A stretch of DNA of 64,000 nucleotides, taken from NCBI GenBank assembly GCA_015058945.1, contig SVBF01000007.1:133850-197849 (forward strand). Direction: 5' to 3'. Under the pieces are notes generated by a model that saw nothing but the letters and a program-made list of their open reading frames with translations, made no database searches and was not told where the DNA came from. Positions 8,715 to 18,869 of this stretch are shown one piece after another (position 1 is the stretch's first letter; each line of letters starts with the position of its first letter). Source of the DNA: Erysipelotrichaceae bacterium (GTDB taxonomy: Bacteria > Bacillota_I > Bacilli_A > RFN20 > CAG-826). The translations under genes were made by a program, and so were the position numbers.

Positions 8715-9837
8715 AAAGATTTTTGAGAAGGTATTGCTTTTGATCTTTCATTAGTGCAAGAGCCGACTGCTCAGTTTTGACCCTTTGCTCAAGTCTTTCA
8801 AACAGGCAAGCTATTTGCCGAATCTTTCCAGAATCGGGAATTGGGATGGTCATCGGACATACTTCTGAAATGTAATGCCTTTTATGTTCGGAAGAAGACA
8901 GTCCCAGAAATGATAAGTACTCATAAGCAAACCTAAGCGTGGGCAGGCTTTCACACGTAAGGATCTTTATGGCTGAGGACTTAACTTTGAACGGGAATGA
9001 AACATATTTCATGTCTAGCGTGAAGTCATCAAGAATGATTGCGTGCCCTTTCGAATAGATGCCTTCTTCGTTTGTGTAGCCTAAAACAAAGCTCTTGTTC
9101 GCGGTTAAGACAGGCGTTAGAGATGCGTCGTCGGAATATTCGTCGCTTGCCACCAAATACTTAGTTGGTTGTTCGTAATCTAAAATGCTTCCGATTGTTT
9201 TTTCACACCCAGTCATTTGCTTAAAGATTGAAATACGAAGTTGTTTTCTTTGGGTTTCTAATGCCTCAATGATTTTGTTTTGGGTGAAGATTCTTTTATC
9301 CAATGCAATTAGCAAACCAGCTATTTTTGTCTGTTCTTTTAAAGAAGGAAAGGCAATTTCGGTCCTCAATAAGTTAGAACGCGATATACCATAAACCTTG
9401 ATGCCTTGTATAAAAGGGACCAGTCGCGATCTGTAAGGTTTGCTATTTAGATAATATCCAAGGTATCCGGTTGCAAATATGGGTCGGGTTCTGCACGGCA
9501 CAGTGTGTAACCCAGCAACGACTCCGATATCCTTGATCCCATGTATTTCTATCGCCTTACCAACTTCATAATCTTCCGCGGTATCCGCGATTACTACATC
9601 ACCGTTCTCTAAACGATCCGACTTGCAAATCACATCGTTCTTTATGAACGGAACTTCTGGGTCACCAACATTGAGAAAAGTCGGGAATTTCACGAGTACA
9701 TCCCCGTAATGGACGTTTTTAATCTCTCCAGAATCATAATTCAGGCTATCTCGGGGCAAGGTGTTGTTCGAAAGGGTCTCGAACACTTCGGAGAAAATGG
9801 CCTTTGTCCATTCATCGTTGAAATCGAAGAATCTCAA
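8707..9837 (-). CDS. hsdS: Type I RM specificity subunit (alternative copy, inverted orientation).
   Basis: Same N-terminal, central and C-terminal conserved segments as the other three copies, in inverted orientation. It overlaps the preceding copy tail-to-tail by 8 nt within the conserved C-terminal motif. Confidence 0.8.
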   Translation of the reverse strand: MRFFDFNDEWTKAIFSEVFETLSNNTLPRDSLNYDSGEIKNVHYGDVLVKFPTFLNVGDPEVPFIKNDVICKSDRLENGDVVIADTAEDYEVGKAIEIHGIKDIGVVAGLHTVPCRTRPIFATGYLGYYLNSKPYRSRLVPFIQGIKVYGISRSNLLRTEIAFPSLKEQTKIAGLLIALDKRIFTQNKIIEALETQRKQLRISIFKQMTGCEKTIGSILDYEQPTKYLVASDEYSDDASLTPVLTANKSFVLGYTNEEGIYSKGHAIILDDFTLDMKYVSFPFKVKSSAIKILTCESLPTLRFAYEYLSFLGLSSSEHKRHYISEVCPMTIPIPDSGKIRQIACLFERLEQRVKTEQSALALMKDQKQYLLKNLFI

Positions 9838-9878
9838 AGTAGGAACTTTTTAACCAGTGAAACCGAAATGTTCCTAAT

Positions 9879-11033
9879 TTGAGATTTCCTGAATGGAAGG
9901 AAGACTGGTTATCAGCAACCCTCGATTCGATTTGCTCATTCTCCAAAGGCAGCGTCCTTTCAAAAGCTCATTTGTCCGATGATGGGCTGCCTTGCATTTT
10001 ATACGGGCAACTATATACAACGTATTTATCGGAAGAAATCGGATCCGTTCTCAGTAGAACGAAGGTTTCAGATCCCAGCATAGAAAGATCGAACGATGGC
10101 GATGTTATCATCCCGTGTTCCGGAGAAACGCCCGAAGACATCGCGACAGCGAGGTGTATAAGAATCAAAGGGATTCTCTATGGCGGCGATCTGAATGTTT
10201 TAAAGCCAAGACAACACGATGGTGTTTTTCTCGCTTTTCAGCTAAACGGTAGGAGAAGGATGGACATAGCGAAAATAGCCGTAGGAAAAACTATTGTTCA
10301 CCTGCACGCTTCAGACTTGAAACATTTGAGGATTTGGTTTCCAAAATCAAGGTTAGAGGAAGAGAAAATAGCTCGGTTTCTCTCGTTGATTAATAGACGG
10401 ATTGAATTACAAAACAAAATCATTGAGGGCCTTGAATCCTTAGAAAAAGGCATTATTCACCGATTGATTTGGGGACAAGAATGCGGAAAAGCCACGCTTG
10501 GCGAATTGCTTTCAGAGAGGACTGAAAAAACATCAGAACAGAATCAATTTGTCATTTTATCCAGTACTGCCACAGGTCTATTTACTCAAGAAGAATACTT
10601 CAACCATCAGGTCGCATCGGAGAACAACGTAGGTTATAAAATCGTCAGGAAAGGTGATGTAATCCTCAGCCCACAAAATCTATGGTTGGGGAATATCAAT
10701 TACAATGACAGGTTCGAATGTGGAATGGTATCGCCTTCCTATAAGGTCTTTTCGATTAAGGGTTGCCACGCACCCTTCCTTTCGCTTTTCTTGAAAACAA
10801 AGAGAATGAAATATCTTTATGGCCTCTGTTCTGAACAAGGGGCTTCTGTGGTTAGGAGGAACTTGAATGTTGAGGAGTTTCTTCAAATCGCCATTCCCAT
10901 GCCGCCCATGGAGGTTCAAAAAGCTTTTGCAGAAAAAATCCTGACCATTATGCAAAAACATAGAAGCGAGAGCAAATACCGCGATCTCCTTTTGCTTCAA
11001 AAGAAGTATTTGCTAGAAAACATGTTTATATAA
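9879..11033 (+). CDS. hsdS: Type I RM specificity subunit (alternative copy).
   Basis: Shares the 5' repeat AATGTTCCTAATTTGAGAT, the central repeat and the ...LENMFI C-terminus. It is head-to-head with the copy at 8707..9837. Confidence 0.8.
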   Translation: MRFPEWKEDWLSATLDSICSFSKGSVLSKAHLSDDGLPCILYGQLYTTYLSEEIGSVLSRTKVSDPSIERSNDGDVIIPCSGETPEDIATARCIRIKGILYGGDLNVLKPRQHDGVFLAFQLNGRRRMDIAKIAVGKTIVHLHASDLKHLRIWFPKSRLEEEKIARFLSLINRRIELQNKIIEGLESLEKGIIHRLIWGQECGKATLGELLSERTEKTSEQNQFVILSSTATGLFTQEEYFNHQVASENNVGYKIVRKGDVILSPQNLWLGNINYNDRFECGMVSPSYKVFSIKGCHAPFLSLFLKTKRMKYLYGLCSEQGASVVRRNLNVEEFLQIAIPMPPMEVQKAFAEKILTIMQKHRSESKYRDLLLLQKKYLLENMFI

Positions 11034-11116
11034 ACATATTAGCCAGCAGGAACGTTTTGAGTCGATTAAACAGGGCCAAGTATTTCTGTTCAATTTGCAA
11101 TTTTGAATTAATGCAA

Positions 11117-12193
11117 TCAAGCGTTTTGGTAATCGCTTCCTGATCTTTTTTTTGGAGGAATGTTAAAAATGAAGTTCCCCAAATCACTTTTTTGAATATT
11201 CGGGAGCCCGCTGCCCACCCGAAGGGACATTATTTCCCTTTCCCATCTCTTAAGTGAATAAAATAGGTACTTATTCAATACGTTGCCGCATGACGCTGGG
11301 TGAACGGTATAGCAATGTCCGCCTGCCCAAAAAGGCGTGCTCATAAATGATACGTATCCGCATGAATTCCCGCCTTCACTGATGGCAATCGTCTCTTTAG
11401 TTCGGTTTGATTTTGCAAAGAATCCAGAAGGCGTAGTTCCGCCGTTAAGCATGGGAAACTCGTTGGAATCGTCCATCATATCGCCATTAATTTGCTCGCC
11501 CTTCTTGATGATAGCCACATCCATAAGTCGGGTTGGCTCCATTAACAAACCTTCGTGAAGCCTATCGAAAAGTGGATTTATAAGAGATGAATAAGTTTCA
11601 ATGATTTTGTTTTGGACTTCGATTCTTCGGTCGATAATAGTGAGAAAATTCGATATTTTGGATCTTTCTTTGAGATTATCTGGCATAAATATTCGCACTC
11701 GTTCAACTTCTGAATGTGAGATCTCAGGAAACGTGGAACCAGAGGCTTTTCTTTTTAACGCTTTCTGAATCCTCGGTGCGCAAATGGCATAATAAATGAA
11801 CTCTGAATCAGAACTATTATTGGGAACAATCGATTGAAAACCCTGATTTGTTGTCGCGCCATCCCGATTAGCAAGGATGCTGGCTGGTCCAATACTCGCT
11901 CTAGAAGATAACAAAATTGTGCCAAACGGTAGCAACTTTGCGCTCGATTCGCGGAGACCCTTTTCAGTGATGGTCCGTTCAGATTTGAAAACATATTTTT
12001 CTTTGCCTACTTCAGAAGGCGTGAACCACTGGATGTCTCCTCCCCAATAAGTGGATACTGATGTTTCCGGCGTTCCGCCACCGATAATTTTTGCAATGGA
12101 AGAAAGCGGTGTTTCGTTCCACTGGCCGGAATCTAAAAATCTCAAAGTAGGAACATTAGGGTTCTTCTTTTTCGTATCTTGTTGATTACTCAT
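11117..12193 (-). CDS. hsdS: Type I RM specificity subunit, the expressed copy (in an operon with hsdM and hsdR).
   Basis: Its start overlaps the hsdM stop (ATGA). It carries the conserved 5' repeat (inverted) and the central repeat, with two TRDs. Confidence 0.85.
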   Translation of the reverse strand: MSNQQDTKKKNPNVPTLRFLDSGQWNETPLSSIAKIIGGGTPETSVSTYWGGDIQWFTPSEVGKEKYVFKSERTITEKGLRESSAKLLPFGTILLSSRASIGPASILANRDGATTNQGFQSIVPNNSSDSEFIYYAICAPRIQKALKRKASGSTFPEISHSEVERVRIFMPDNLKERSKISNFLTIIDRRIEVQNKIIETYSSLINPLFDRLHEGLLMEPTRLMDVAIIKKGEQINGDMMDDSNEFPMLNGGTTPSGFFAKSNRTKETIAISEGGNSCGYVSFMSTPFWAGGHCYTVHPASCGNVLNKYLFYSLKRWEREIMSLRVGSGLPNIQKSDLGNFIFNIPPKKRSGSDYQNA

Positions 12194-13764
12194 AGAAGTC
12201 CGAGCTCCTTCAAATACTTATCAATTTCGGCATCAAGCTCAGCACGCTGTGCCTCCAAGGACTTGATCTCGGCTATGACGGCGTGGATGTCGATCGGCTC
12301 CTCCTCCTCGAAGGTGTCGACATATCTCGGGATGTTGAGGTTGTATTCGTTCTCCTTGATCTCGCTGAGCGGGGCCACATGCATGTATTTGTCGATATCG
12401 ACTCTGGCCTTATATGCGTCGAGGATCCTCTGGATGTCCTCTTCGCGTAGGTAGTTTTGGTTCTTCCCGTTCTCAAAATAGCGGGAGGCATCGATGAAAA
12501 CGACGTTATCCGAGTTGGTCCTGCACTTCTTCATCACGAGGATGCAGGTCGGGATACTCGTCCCGAAGAAGAGATTGGCGGGCAATCCTATGACGGCGTC
12601 AAGCAGGTTGTAGTCACGGATGATCTTGGTCCTTATGACCTCCTCTGCCGCCCCGCGGAAAAGCACGCCATGGGGCAAAACGACCGCCAGGGTCCCGCTG
12701 TCGGAAAGCCTGTTGATCATGTGCTCGACGAACGCGTAGTCAGCCTTGGACGCGGGCGCGTACTTTCCGTCGTAGCCGTTGAACCTGGAGTCGGCCTCTT
12801 TGCCGGTCGGGTCCCATTTCGCGGAATAGGGAGGATTGGCCACCACCGCGTCAAAGCCTTCCCGGACGGACATGTGCTTCTCGCAGGGATGCTCCAACGT
12901 GTCATCGTTATAAATGTTAAATTTTTCATAATCCACGCCGTGGAGGAGCATATTCATCCTGGCGAGGTTGTAGGTCGTCGTAACCATCTCCTGGCCGTAT
13001 AGTTTGATGGAATTCGGGTTGTCAACGTTGTTCCTCACGCGGAGAAGGAGGGAGCCAGAGCCACAAGTTGGGTCATAGGCTGTCCTCGGGGACTTGTTCT
13101 CCAAGGTCACAATCCTCGCGAGCAGTTCCGAAACCTGCGCCGGAGTGTAGAACTCGCCGGCCTTTTTGCCCGCGCTGGCGGCGAACTTGCCAATCAGGTA
13201 TTCGTAAGCGTGGCCGAGGATATCGAAGTTGGTCTGCGTCAGGTCGAGGTTCAGATCATTGATCTTGAGGATGATCTTCCCGATGAGCTTGCTGCGCTCC
13301 GCCTCGCCCTTGCCGAGCTTGTTGTTGTCGAGGTCCATGTCCTCAAATAAGTCTGCAAAATCGCTTTGTGACTCGGCGCCAACCGTCGATGAGGTGATCG
13401 CTTGGATGCCTTCCTTGAGGTCCTCGACGGTGAATTGGTTAATATTAATTTTGTCGACCAGCGCCTCGAAAAGGTATTTTGGGTCGAGGAAGTAGCCGAT
13501 GGTCCGGACCGATAGCTTTCTGAGGTCGTCCTGGTTGGATTCGTCCTCCCAAGCCTCCGCGAAGGTGATGTCGTCGTCGGAAAGCTCGTCGTTTATCGTC
13601 TTAACGATCTTGTTCGACAGGAATTTGTAGAAGATAAGGCCGAGGATGTAGTTCTTGAATTCGCTCGCCTCCATGTTCCCGCGTAGCTCGTTGGCCATCG
13701 CCCATAGCTGGGAGTCCACTTCGCTTTGCTGCTTCGCGAGCAGCTCGTCTTTGTCAATTGCCAT
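12190..13764 (-). CDS. hsdM: Type I RM N6-adenine DNA methyltransferase subunit.
   Basis: HsdM N-terminal domain, SAM-binding region and the NPPY catalytic motif (VVANPPYS), 524 aa. Confidence 0.9.
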   Translation of the reverse strand: MAIDKDELLAKQQSEVDSQLWAMANELRGNMEASEFKNYILGLIFYKFLSNKIVKTINDELSDDDITFAEAWEDESNQDDLRKLSVRTIGYFLDPKYLFEALVDKININQFTVEDLKEGIQAITSSTVGAESQSDFADLFEDMDLDNNKLGKGEAERSKLIGKIILKINDLNLDLTQTNFDILGHAYEYLIGKFAASAGKKAGEFYTPAQVSELLARIVTLENKSPRTAYDPTCGSGSLLLRVRNNVDNPNSIKLYGQEMVTTTYNLARMNMLLHGVDYEKFNIYNDDTLEHPCEKHMSVREGFDAVVANPPYSAKWDPTGKEADSRFNGYDGKYAPASKADYAFVEHMINRLSDSGTLAVVLPHGVLFRGAAEEVIRTKIIRDYNLLDAVIGLPANLFFGTSIPTCILVMKKCRTNSDNVVFIDASRYFENGKNQNYLREEDIQRILDAYKARVDIDKYMHVAPLSEIKENEYNLNIPRYVDTFEEEEPIDIHAVIAEIKSLEAQRAELDAEIDKYLKELGLL

Positions 13765-13779
13765 AATCGTCTCTCCTTA

Positions 13780-16623
13780 TCATGCGCGGATCGAGTATTT
13801 CCGCGCGATTCCCTCGACGTATTCTTTCACAAGGTCCATCAGTTCGAGGTTTGCCTTGATGATGCTCGTATTCGGATGCCTTTCTTTATATCGCTGTTTC
13901 GCTTTCTTGTTCAGAAGCGCCTTGATATCGGCGTAGTCGATCGTCATGAAATACTCGTAGCGGTTGAGTAGCTTCGTCAGCTCGTCTAGGGCCAATTCCC
14001 ATTCGGAGGCGAAGGACTGAAGCGACTCCCTCCGCTTCTCCTCCAGGAACTTGGCGAGCTCATCGTCGACGGATGCGCCTTCGGGCAAAGTCGGGAAGAC
14101 GGTCGTGATGAATTGTTCAAGCAGCTCGCGTTTGCTCACGAGCACCGGGTCGGTGGATTTCCTGAGGATCTTGATGATCGTTCCGATTTCAACGGACTTC
14201 TTGTCCGAGCCGTCGCCTAGCTTCCTGAGCAGATTGAGGATGTAGTCCACGTCCACCCTGTCGGTCTGAACGAGTTCGATGTCGAAGCTCACCTCTCCGA
14301 CTACAGAAACCTTCTCTGGATGCTTCCTGAAGTCGTTGTAAATCTGTAGGTAGCGGGACTTGTATGAGTCGTATTCGCCTGCGACGATGTCGTCCTTGAG
14401 CGTGATCGGGAACGAGAATTCGCAAAAGTTCTGCATGCATGTTAGGTACCTGGCGAGCTTCCGGAACCTGTTGACGAACTCGATCTTCGCCGTATCTCCT
14501 TCCAAAGAGTCGACGGACTCCGGGGTCGGGACGTAGGCGCGCAAATCGGCCAAGGCTCCACGGAAGAGGGTCAGGTATTCGTCGAGAGGCTTCACGATAA
14601 CGACGTCGTGGTCCTCCTTCGAATATAGTTCCACCGCCGCCTTGACGTCTCTTGGCGTGGTGCGGTAGCAGACGATGTTGCCGAATTGCTTGGCCGAGCA
14701 GTCGAGCCTGTTGGTTCTGGAGAACGCCTGGATCAGGCCGTGGTAACGGAGGGATTTGTCGAGGAACAGCGTATTTATCCTCTTGGAGTCGTATCCGGTG
14801 AGCATCATGTTGACGACGAGGACGAGGTCGATCTTGCCATCCCGGAAGTCCTCGCGGACGTCCTCGAAATACTCCGCACAGTTGGAGATTGAGTAGTTCT
14901 TGCCGCGAAGGATGGAATAGTCGTCCATCGCCTTCTGGAGGCTTTGCTGCGCAAGGCTTGCGTTGGCCCCCACTTCCTCCGTGTCGATGTCGTTGGGCGC
15001 GTAGGTGAAGATGGTGGCGATCCTGATTCTCTCCTCCTCGGGTAGCGCGGCGATCTGCTTCTTCAGCTCGTCGTAGTATTGCACGAGCAAATCGATGCTC
15101 GAAATCGCGAAGATCGCGTTGTATTTCCGATTCAGGGTGACTTTGTTGAAGTTCTCGAGGATGTGCTTGCTGATGTTGGCCACACGCTCTGGGGCACGGA
15201 TAAGCTCCTCTTTGTCGATCTCCTCGACCTGCTCGTCTTTTCCTGCCTTGACGACGATGTCGAGCGTCTTGTAGTACTGGACGTTGAAGCCGAGGACCAT
15301 CTTGGCGTTGATCGCGTCCTTGATTTTATAGGAATGGACGGGTGCGCCTCCGAAGATTGCCTCCGTGGTAAGCCCAGTCGCGTTCATGTTCTCCGCGAAG
15401 ATCGGGGTCCCCGTGAAGCCGAACATTTGCGCGTTTGGGAAGGCCCTTAGGATGTGCTTGCGCATCTCGCCGAAGTTGCTCCTGTGGCATTCGTCGACGA
15501 TAAACACGACGGAGTCCCTGTTCTGTTCCACCGCTTTCTCAAACCTTGGGTTCGTGCAGAGGTTCGACATCTTCTGGATGGTCGTGGTGATCATCTTAAT
15601 GGAAGAATCGGTGAACATTTTGAACAAACGGTATGAATCATCGATGTTGACGACGGCGCCCTTCTCGAAGGAATTGAAGTTCGTGACCGTCTGGCGGTCC
15701 AGGTCCCTTCTGTCGACTAGAAAAACGACCTTCGTGTACTTCCCGGTGTCTCTGAGGCATTGGGCGAGTTTGAAGCTCGTCAGCGTCTTGCCGGAGCCCG
15801 TGGTGTGCCAGACGAAGCCGTTGTTCTTCGTGTTGAGGGCCCTATGGAGCAGGTTCTCGACCGCCCACACCTGGTACGGCCTAAGGATCATTAGATCCCT
15901 CTCGCTCTGGTTGATGACGATGTAGTTCGCGATGGTCCTGCAGATGTTGCACTTGGTGAGCCTATCGGCGGCAAAATCGGAAAGCCTGTTGACCGCGACG
16001 TTCTCGACGTCCGACCAGGTGAAGAGGTTTTCCTTCTTGAATGGGCGGTCGCTGTTGGCGAAATATTTCGTCATCGAGCCGTTGGAGATTACGAAGTACT
16101 GGATGTATTTAAATAGCCCTTTGTAGACGGTCCTGCGGTAACGCTCAATCTGACCGAAAGCCTCGTCGACGTTCACGCCGTTTTTCTTGAGCTCAATCTG
16201 CAATAGCGGAAGGCCATTGACGAGGATCGTTACGTCGAAACGACCAGAAAATTCCGCCGTCTGGTTAATCTGATGGGCGATTTGGACGATGTTCTTGCAC
16301 CAATCGTTCTTGTCAAAGATCCGGATGTTTCGCTTCGAATCGTCATCCATGGTGATGGTCTGCATCTGACGAAGATTGATCGCACAGCGATATACAGTGT
16401 TGTACTTCTCGAGTTCGTTTAGAAGCCTTCTGAACTCCGAATCGGACAGGCTGAAACCGTTGAACCTTTCGATTTGCTTCCTGAGGTTCTTATATAGCGA
16501 GGCGTCGTCGTGGATCGCGACGAAAGCATCCTCCATGTCAGAGGAATGGAATTGCCGCCTTAACTGCTCAATAAGCTCGTTTTCTAACTCGAGCTCGGTC
16601 TGTTCCCCAATCAAGTCCGGCAT
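13780..16623 (-). CDS. hsdR: Type I RM restriction endonuclease/helicase subunit.
   Basis: 947 aa with PD-(D/E)xK nuclease region, DEAD-box helicase motifs (GSGKT, DECH) and a C-terminal HsdR domain. It directly precedes hsdM. Confidence 0.9.
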   Translation of the reverse strand: MPDLIGEQTELELENELIEQLRRQFHSSDMEDAFVAIHDDASLYKNLRKQIERFNGFSLSDSEFRRLLNELEKYNTVYRCAINLRQMQTITMDDDSKRNIRIFDKNDWCKNIVQIAHQINQTAEFSGRFDVTILVNGLPLLQIELKKNGVNVDEAFGQIERYRRTVYKGLFKYIQYFVISNGSMTKYFANSDRPFKKENLFTWSDVENVAVNRLSDFAADRLTKCNICRTIANYIVINQSERDLMILRPYQVWAVENLLHRALNTKNNGFVWHTTGSGKTLTSFKLAQCLRDTGKYTKVVFLVDRRDLDRQTVTNFNSFEKGAVVNIDDSYRLFKMFTDSSIKMITTTIQKMSNLCTNPRFEKAVEQNRDSVVFIVDECHRSNFGEMRKHILRAFPNAQMFGFTGTPIFAENMNATGLTTEAIFGGAPVHSYKIKDAINAKMVLGFNVQYYKTLDIVVKAGKDEQVEEIDKEELIRAPERVANISKHILENFNKVTLNRKYNAIFAISSIDLLVQYYDELKKQIAALPEEERIRIATIFTYAPNDIDTEEVGANASLAQQSLQKAMDDYSILRGKNYSISNCAEYFEDVREDFRDGKIDLVLVVNMMLTGYDSKRINTLFLDKSLRYHGLIQAFSRTNRLDCSAKQFGNIVCYRTTPRDVKAAVELYSKEDHDVVIVKPLDEYLTLFRGALADLRAYVPTPESVDSLEGDTAKIEFVNRFRKLARYLTCMQNFCEFSFPITLKDDIVAGEYDSYKSRYLQIYNDFRKHPEKVSVVGEVSFDIELVQTDRVDVDYILNLLRKLGDGSDKKSVEIGTIIKILRKSTDPVLVSKRELLEQFITTVFPTLPEGASVDDELAKFLEEKRRESLQSFASEWELALDELTKLLNRYEYFMTIDYADIKALLNKKAKQRYKERHPNTSIIKANLELMDLVKEYVEGIARKYSIRA

Positions 16624-16625
16624 CG

Positions 16626-16817
16626 CTAGGCCTCCACCACTCCATATTTCTTAAACAATTTCATTAGTTGTCTCTTCACTTTCATCGTCGGCTCATGATG
16701 GCCGTTTTCGTAGCGGTTGATCGTAGCGAAAGACACGCCAAGCATTTTGGCTAATTCGTTTTGGGTAATCAGGGCTTTATCTCTAAGCTCTTTGACGCTT
16801 TTCCCCCAATCCATCAT
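16626..16817 (-). CDS. Small XRE-family HTH protein, a possible controller/regulator at the head of the hsdR operon.
   Basis: 63 aa, LITQNELAKMLGVSFATINRYENG. Its stop is 3 bp from the hsdR start, and its start overlaps the upstream gene (ATGA). Confidence 0.6.
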   Translation of the reverse strand: MMDWGKSVKELRDKALITQNELAKMLGVSFATINRYENGHHEPTMKVKRQLMKLFKKYGVVEA

Positions 16818-17686
16818 TCGCCCTCCGCGCCGTTGGCCTTAAGCCAGTCGCCGAGAAGCTTCCCGTCGGATGCCGCCCACTCGGTCTTCCCATTCGCGCT
16901 GCGACCCAAAACAAACACCGCGGCAGCCGATGGGGACTTGAATTCGACGTCCTCCTGGATTATGCAGTCGGAACCGAGTTTTCCCTTAGAAGTCATCTCT
17001 TTCCTTATCTCCTCAAGGGCTTTGTGCATGGAAGGTCCTAAGACGGAGGAGATCCGCGAGCCTTTCTTGACGATGAACGTCTTGCCATCGGTCTCCATCT
17101 TAGCGTCCACGCTCAGCTTTACGGACGACAATCCAAACTGCCCCATCGCCTTTGCTGCGGCTGGGATTGGCTTTGCCGATGTGCCCCCGGCTTTCCCAAA
17201 GACGTTGTAGCCAAGAACCTCAGTGAGTGTCTTCACGATATCGGCGAACTCATCCATCTCGGCGGCGGAGGAATCCTTGATCTTCGTCGCGGGGCTCGAT
17301 GCTTTGGTAAGAACGGAGAAGTTGCCGGCATCCCTCGCGGCATTGACGAGCAGATTCTCAAGGTATTTTATCTTTGATTTATCAAGGTCCCGACCTGTGA
17401 CACAGACCGCGATGTCCCAGAAGAATTTCTCTTTCTTGGAGAGGTAGTCCGCCTTGTGCTGCTTAAGGCGCAAGCGGATGTTCTCGGACTCGCCGATATA
17501 CACCTCGCTGGCCGGATTCCCACAGAAGAGGAAATAGACTCCGATGTCGTCTAGTTCCGGTTCGCCTTCGACGTCGTCCCTGGAAATCTTGAATGCCTTC
17601 CCACTCCAGTTGGAAAGCTCGGCGGTCACCGTTCCACTGAACGAGCCGTTTTTGAGGAAAAGCTCGATTTTCTTACCGTAGGCCAT
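16814..17686 (-). CDS. GIY-YIG nuclease-domain protein with a C-terminal DUF4357-like domain.
   Basis: N-terminal GVYFLF...YIGESENIRLRLKQH fits the GIY-YIG motif. It is translationally coupled (4-bp overlap) to the HTH gene and so is the first gene of the hsdR operon. Confidence 0.6.
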   Translation of the reverse strand: MAYGKKIELFLKNGSFSGTVTAELSNWSGKAFKISRDDVEGEPELDDIGVYFLFCGNPASEVYIGESENIRLRLKQHKADYLSKKEKFFWDIAVCVTGRDLDKSKIKYLENLLVNAARDAGNFSVLTKASSPATKIKDSSAAEMDEFADIVKTLTEVLGYNVFGKAGGTSAKPIPAAAKAMGQFGLSSVKLSVDAKMETDGKTFIVKKGSRISSVLGPSMHKALEEIRKEMTSKGKLGSDCIIQEDVEFKSPSAAAVFVLGRSANGKTEWAASDGKLLGDWLKANGAEGE

Positions 17687-17858
17687 AAGTCGCCTCCAAT
17701 CTCAAATCATCTTGCTTTGAGAATTATCTCACAACCGCAAACTGTTATAAAAGGATTATTAAACTCGCAACAAGATGATCCGGTCTTTTGATTGAACTGA
17801 GAACGGCAATTGCCTGCCGCGGAATTACCGCAAACGCAAGTCTAAGAAGAAGCGCCCA

Positions 17859-18677
17859 TTACGATGGGTTTACGACGAAATCGACGACCGCGTTTTTCGT
17901 TTGGCAAGTCTGCTCGTCTCTACTAATGGAAGCGACCCCATCCCCTCGCTGAAACCCATAATCGCCGAAATTGGAATGGTTGCCCCCATCAATCACGATT
18001 TCCGTTGTTTTTGCGGGGAAATTGCTTCGGTTCTTTTCGTATTCGGCTTTGTTTAATACCATGTCATTGGTCCCATAGATGGATAGGCAACGATAAGAAT
18101 CGTTTAACTCCCTATTCGGATAACTCGCCAGAAAGACGATCCCTTTGAACGTCTCGTCCTTGTTGCCGGATAAGAATAGCGCCGCGGACGTCCCACCGAG
18201 GGAATGTCCCATCATATAAAGGTTGGTATGTCTTTTTAAACCGGCCACCTCGCTTGCGGCGTTGACGCTTAGAAGCGGGAAATACAAAGGCGACTTGACC
18301 ATATAGACGTCGATCCCCTGATGGGCGATTTCACTGCATAAAGGCGAATAGGCCACCGGGTCGACTTTCGCGCCGGCATAAAAGACGATGGCGTTTTCGT
18401 CGCTGCTTCGATTATCGAAACGATACCAGCTCTTTTCATAGGTCACGGAAACGACGGCATCGTCATTTAAATAGGATTTGGCTTCATCGCTCGCCTTATA
18501 GTTGATGGCAAAGTAAATCAGGACAAAGGAAGCGAGCAAGGCCAAAGAGGATACGGGAATGACAATGGCTTTAACGTAATTCTTGACCTTGTGTTTTCGG
18601 TCGATGAGCAAGATCACCAATACGGGAACCCCAATCGCGACGACCAAACCAAATATCAGAATCAAAATGTATTTCAT
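17859..18677 (-). CDS. Membrane-anchored alpha/beta-hydrolase (esterase/lipase-like).
   Basis: N-terminal TM helix, then the GHSLGG nucleophile elbow and a downstream Asp/His. Confidence 0.6.
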   Translation of the reverse strand: MKYILILIFGLVVAIGVPVLVILLIDRKHKVKNYVKAIVIPVSSLALLASFVLIYFAINYKASDEAKSYLNDDAVVSVTYEKSWYRFDNRSSDENAIVFYAGAKVDPVAYSPLCSEIAHQGIDVYMVKSPLYFPLLSVNAASEVAGLKRHTNLYMMGHSLGGTSAALFLSGNKDETFKGIVFLASYPNRELNDSYRCLSIYGTNDMVLNKAEYEKNRSNFPAKTTEIVIDGGNHSNFGDYGFQRGDGVASISRDEQTCQTKNAVVDFVVNPS

Positions 18678-18807
18678 TCTCGCGCTTCCCTAGACGCAGT
18701 ATTGTATCCCTTTTTCCTTTAAAGGAAATACTCCATACGCCCCTTATCTATTTACCCGTCCACGACAAAAATAACGCCCGATACACTCGAGGACTTGAAT
18801 GGCTTTC

Positions 18808-18860
18808 CACGACGCGGGATAAAAGTTGTAATTTCCTAACAAATACTGACAAATACTAAC
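18808..18860. repeat. tRNA-Gly 3'-end-like core (CACGACGCGGGA) followed by tandem AAATACTGAC/AAATACTAAC repeats; a candidate att remnant of an integrative element.
   Basis: It matches the 3' acceptor/T-arm segment of the tRNA-Gly gene at 38881 (one mismatch). The same core-plus-ACTGAC repeat arrangement occurs at 38608..38662. Confidence 0.4.
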
Positions 18861-18869
18861 AGACAACTT

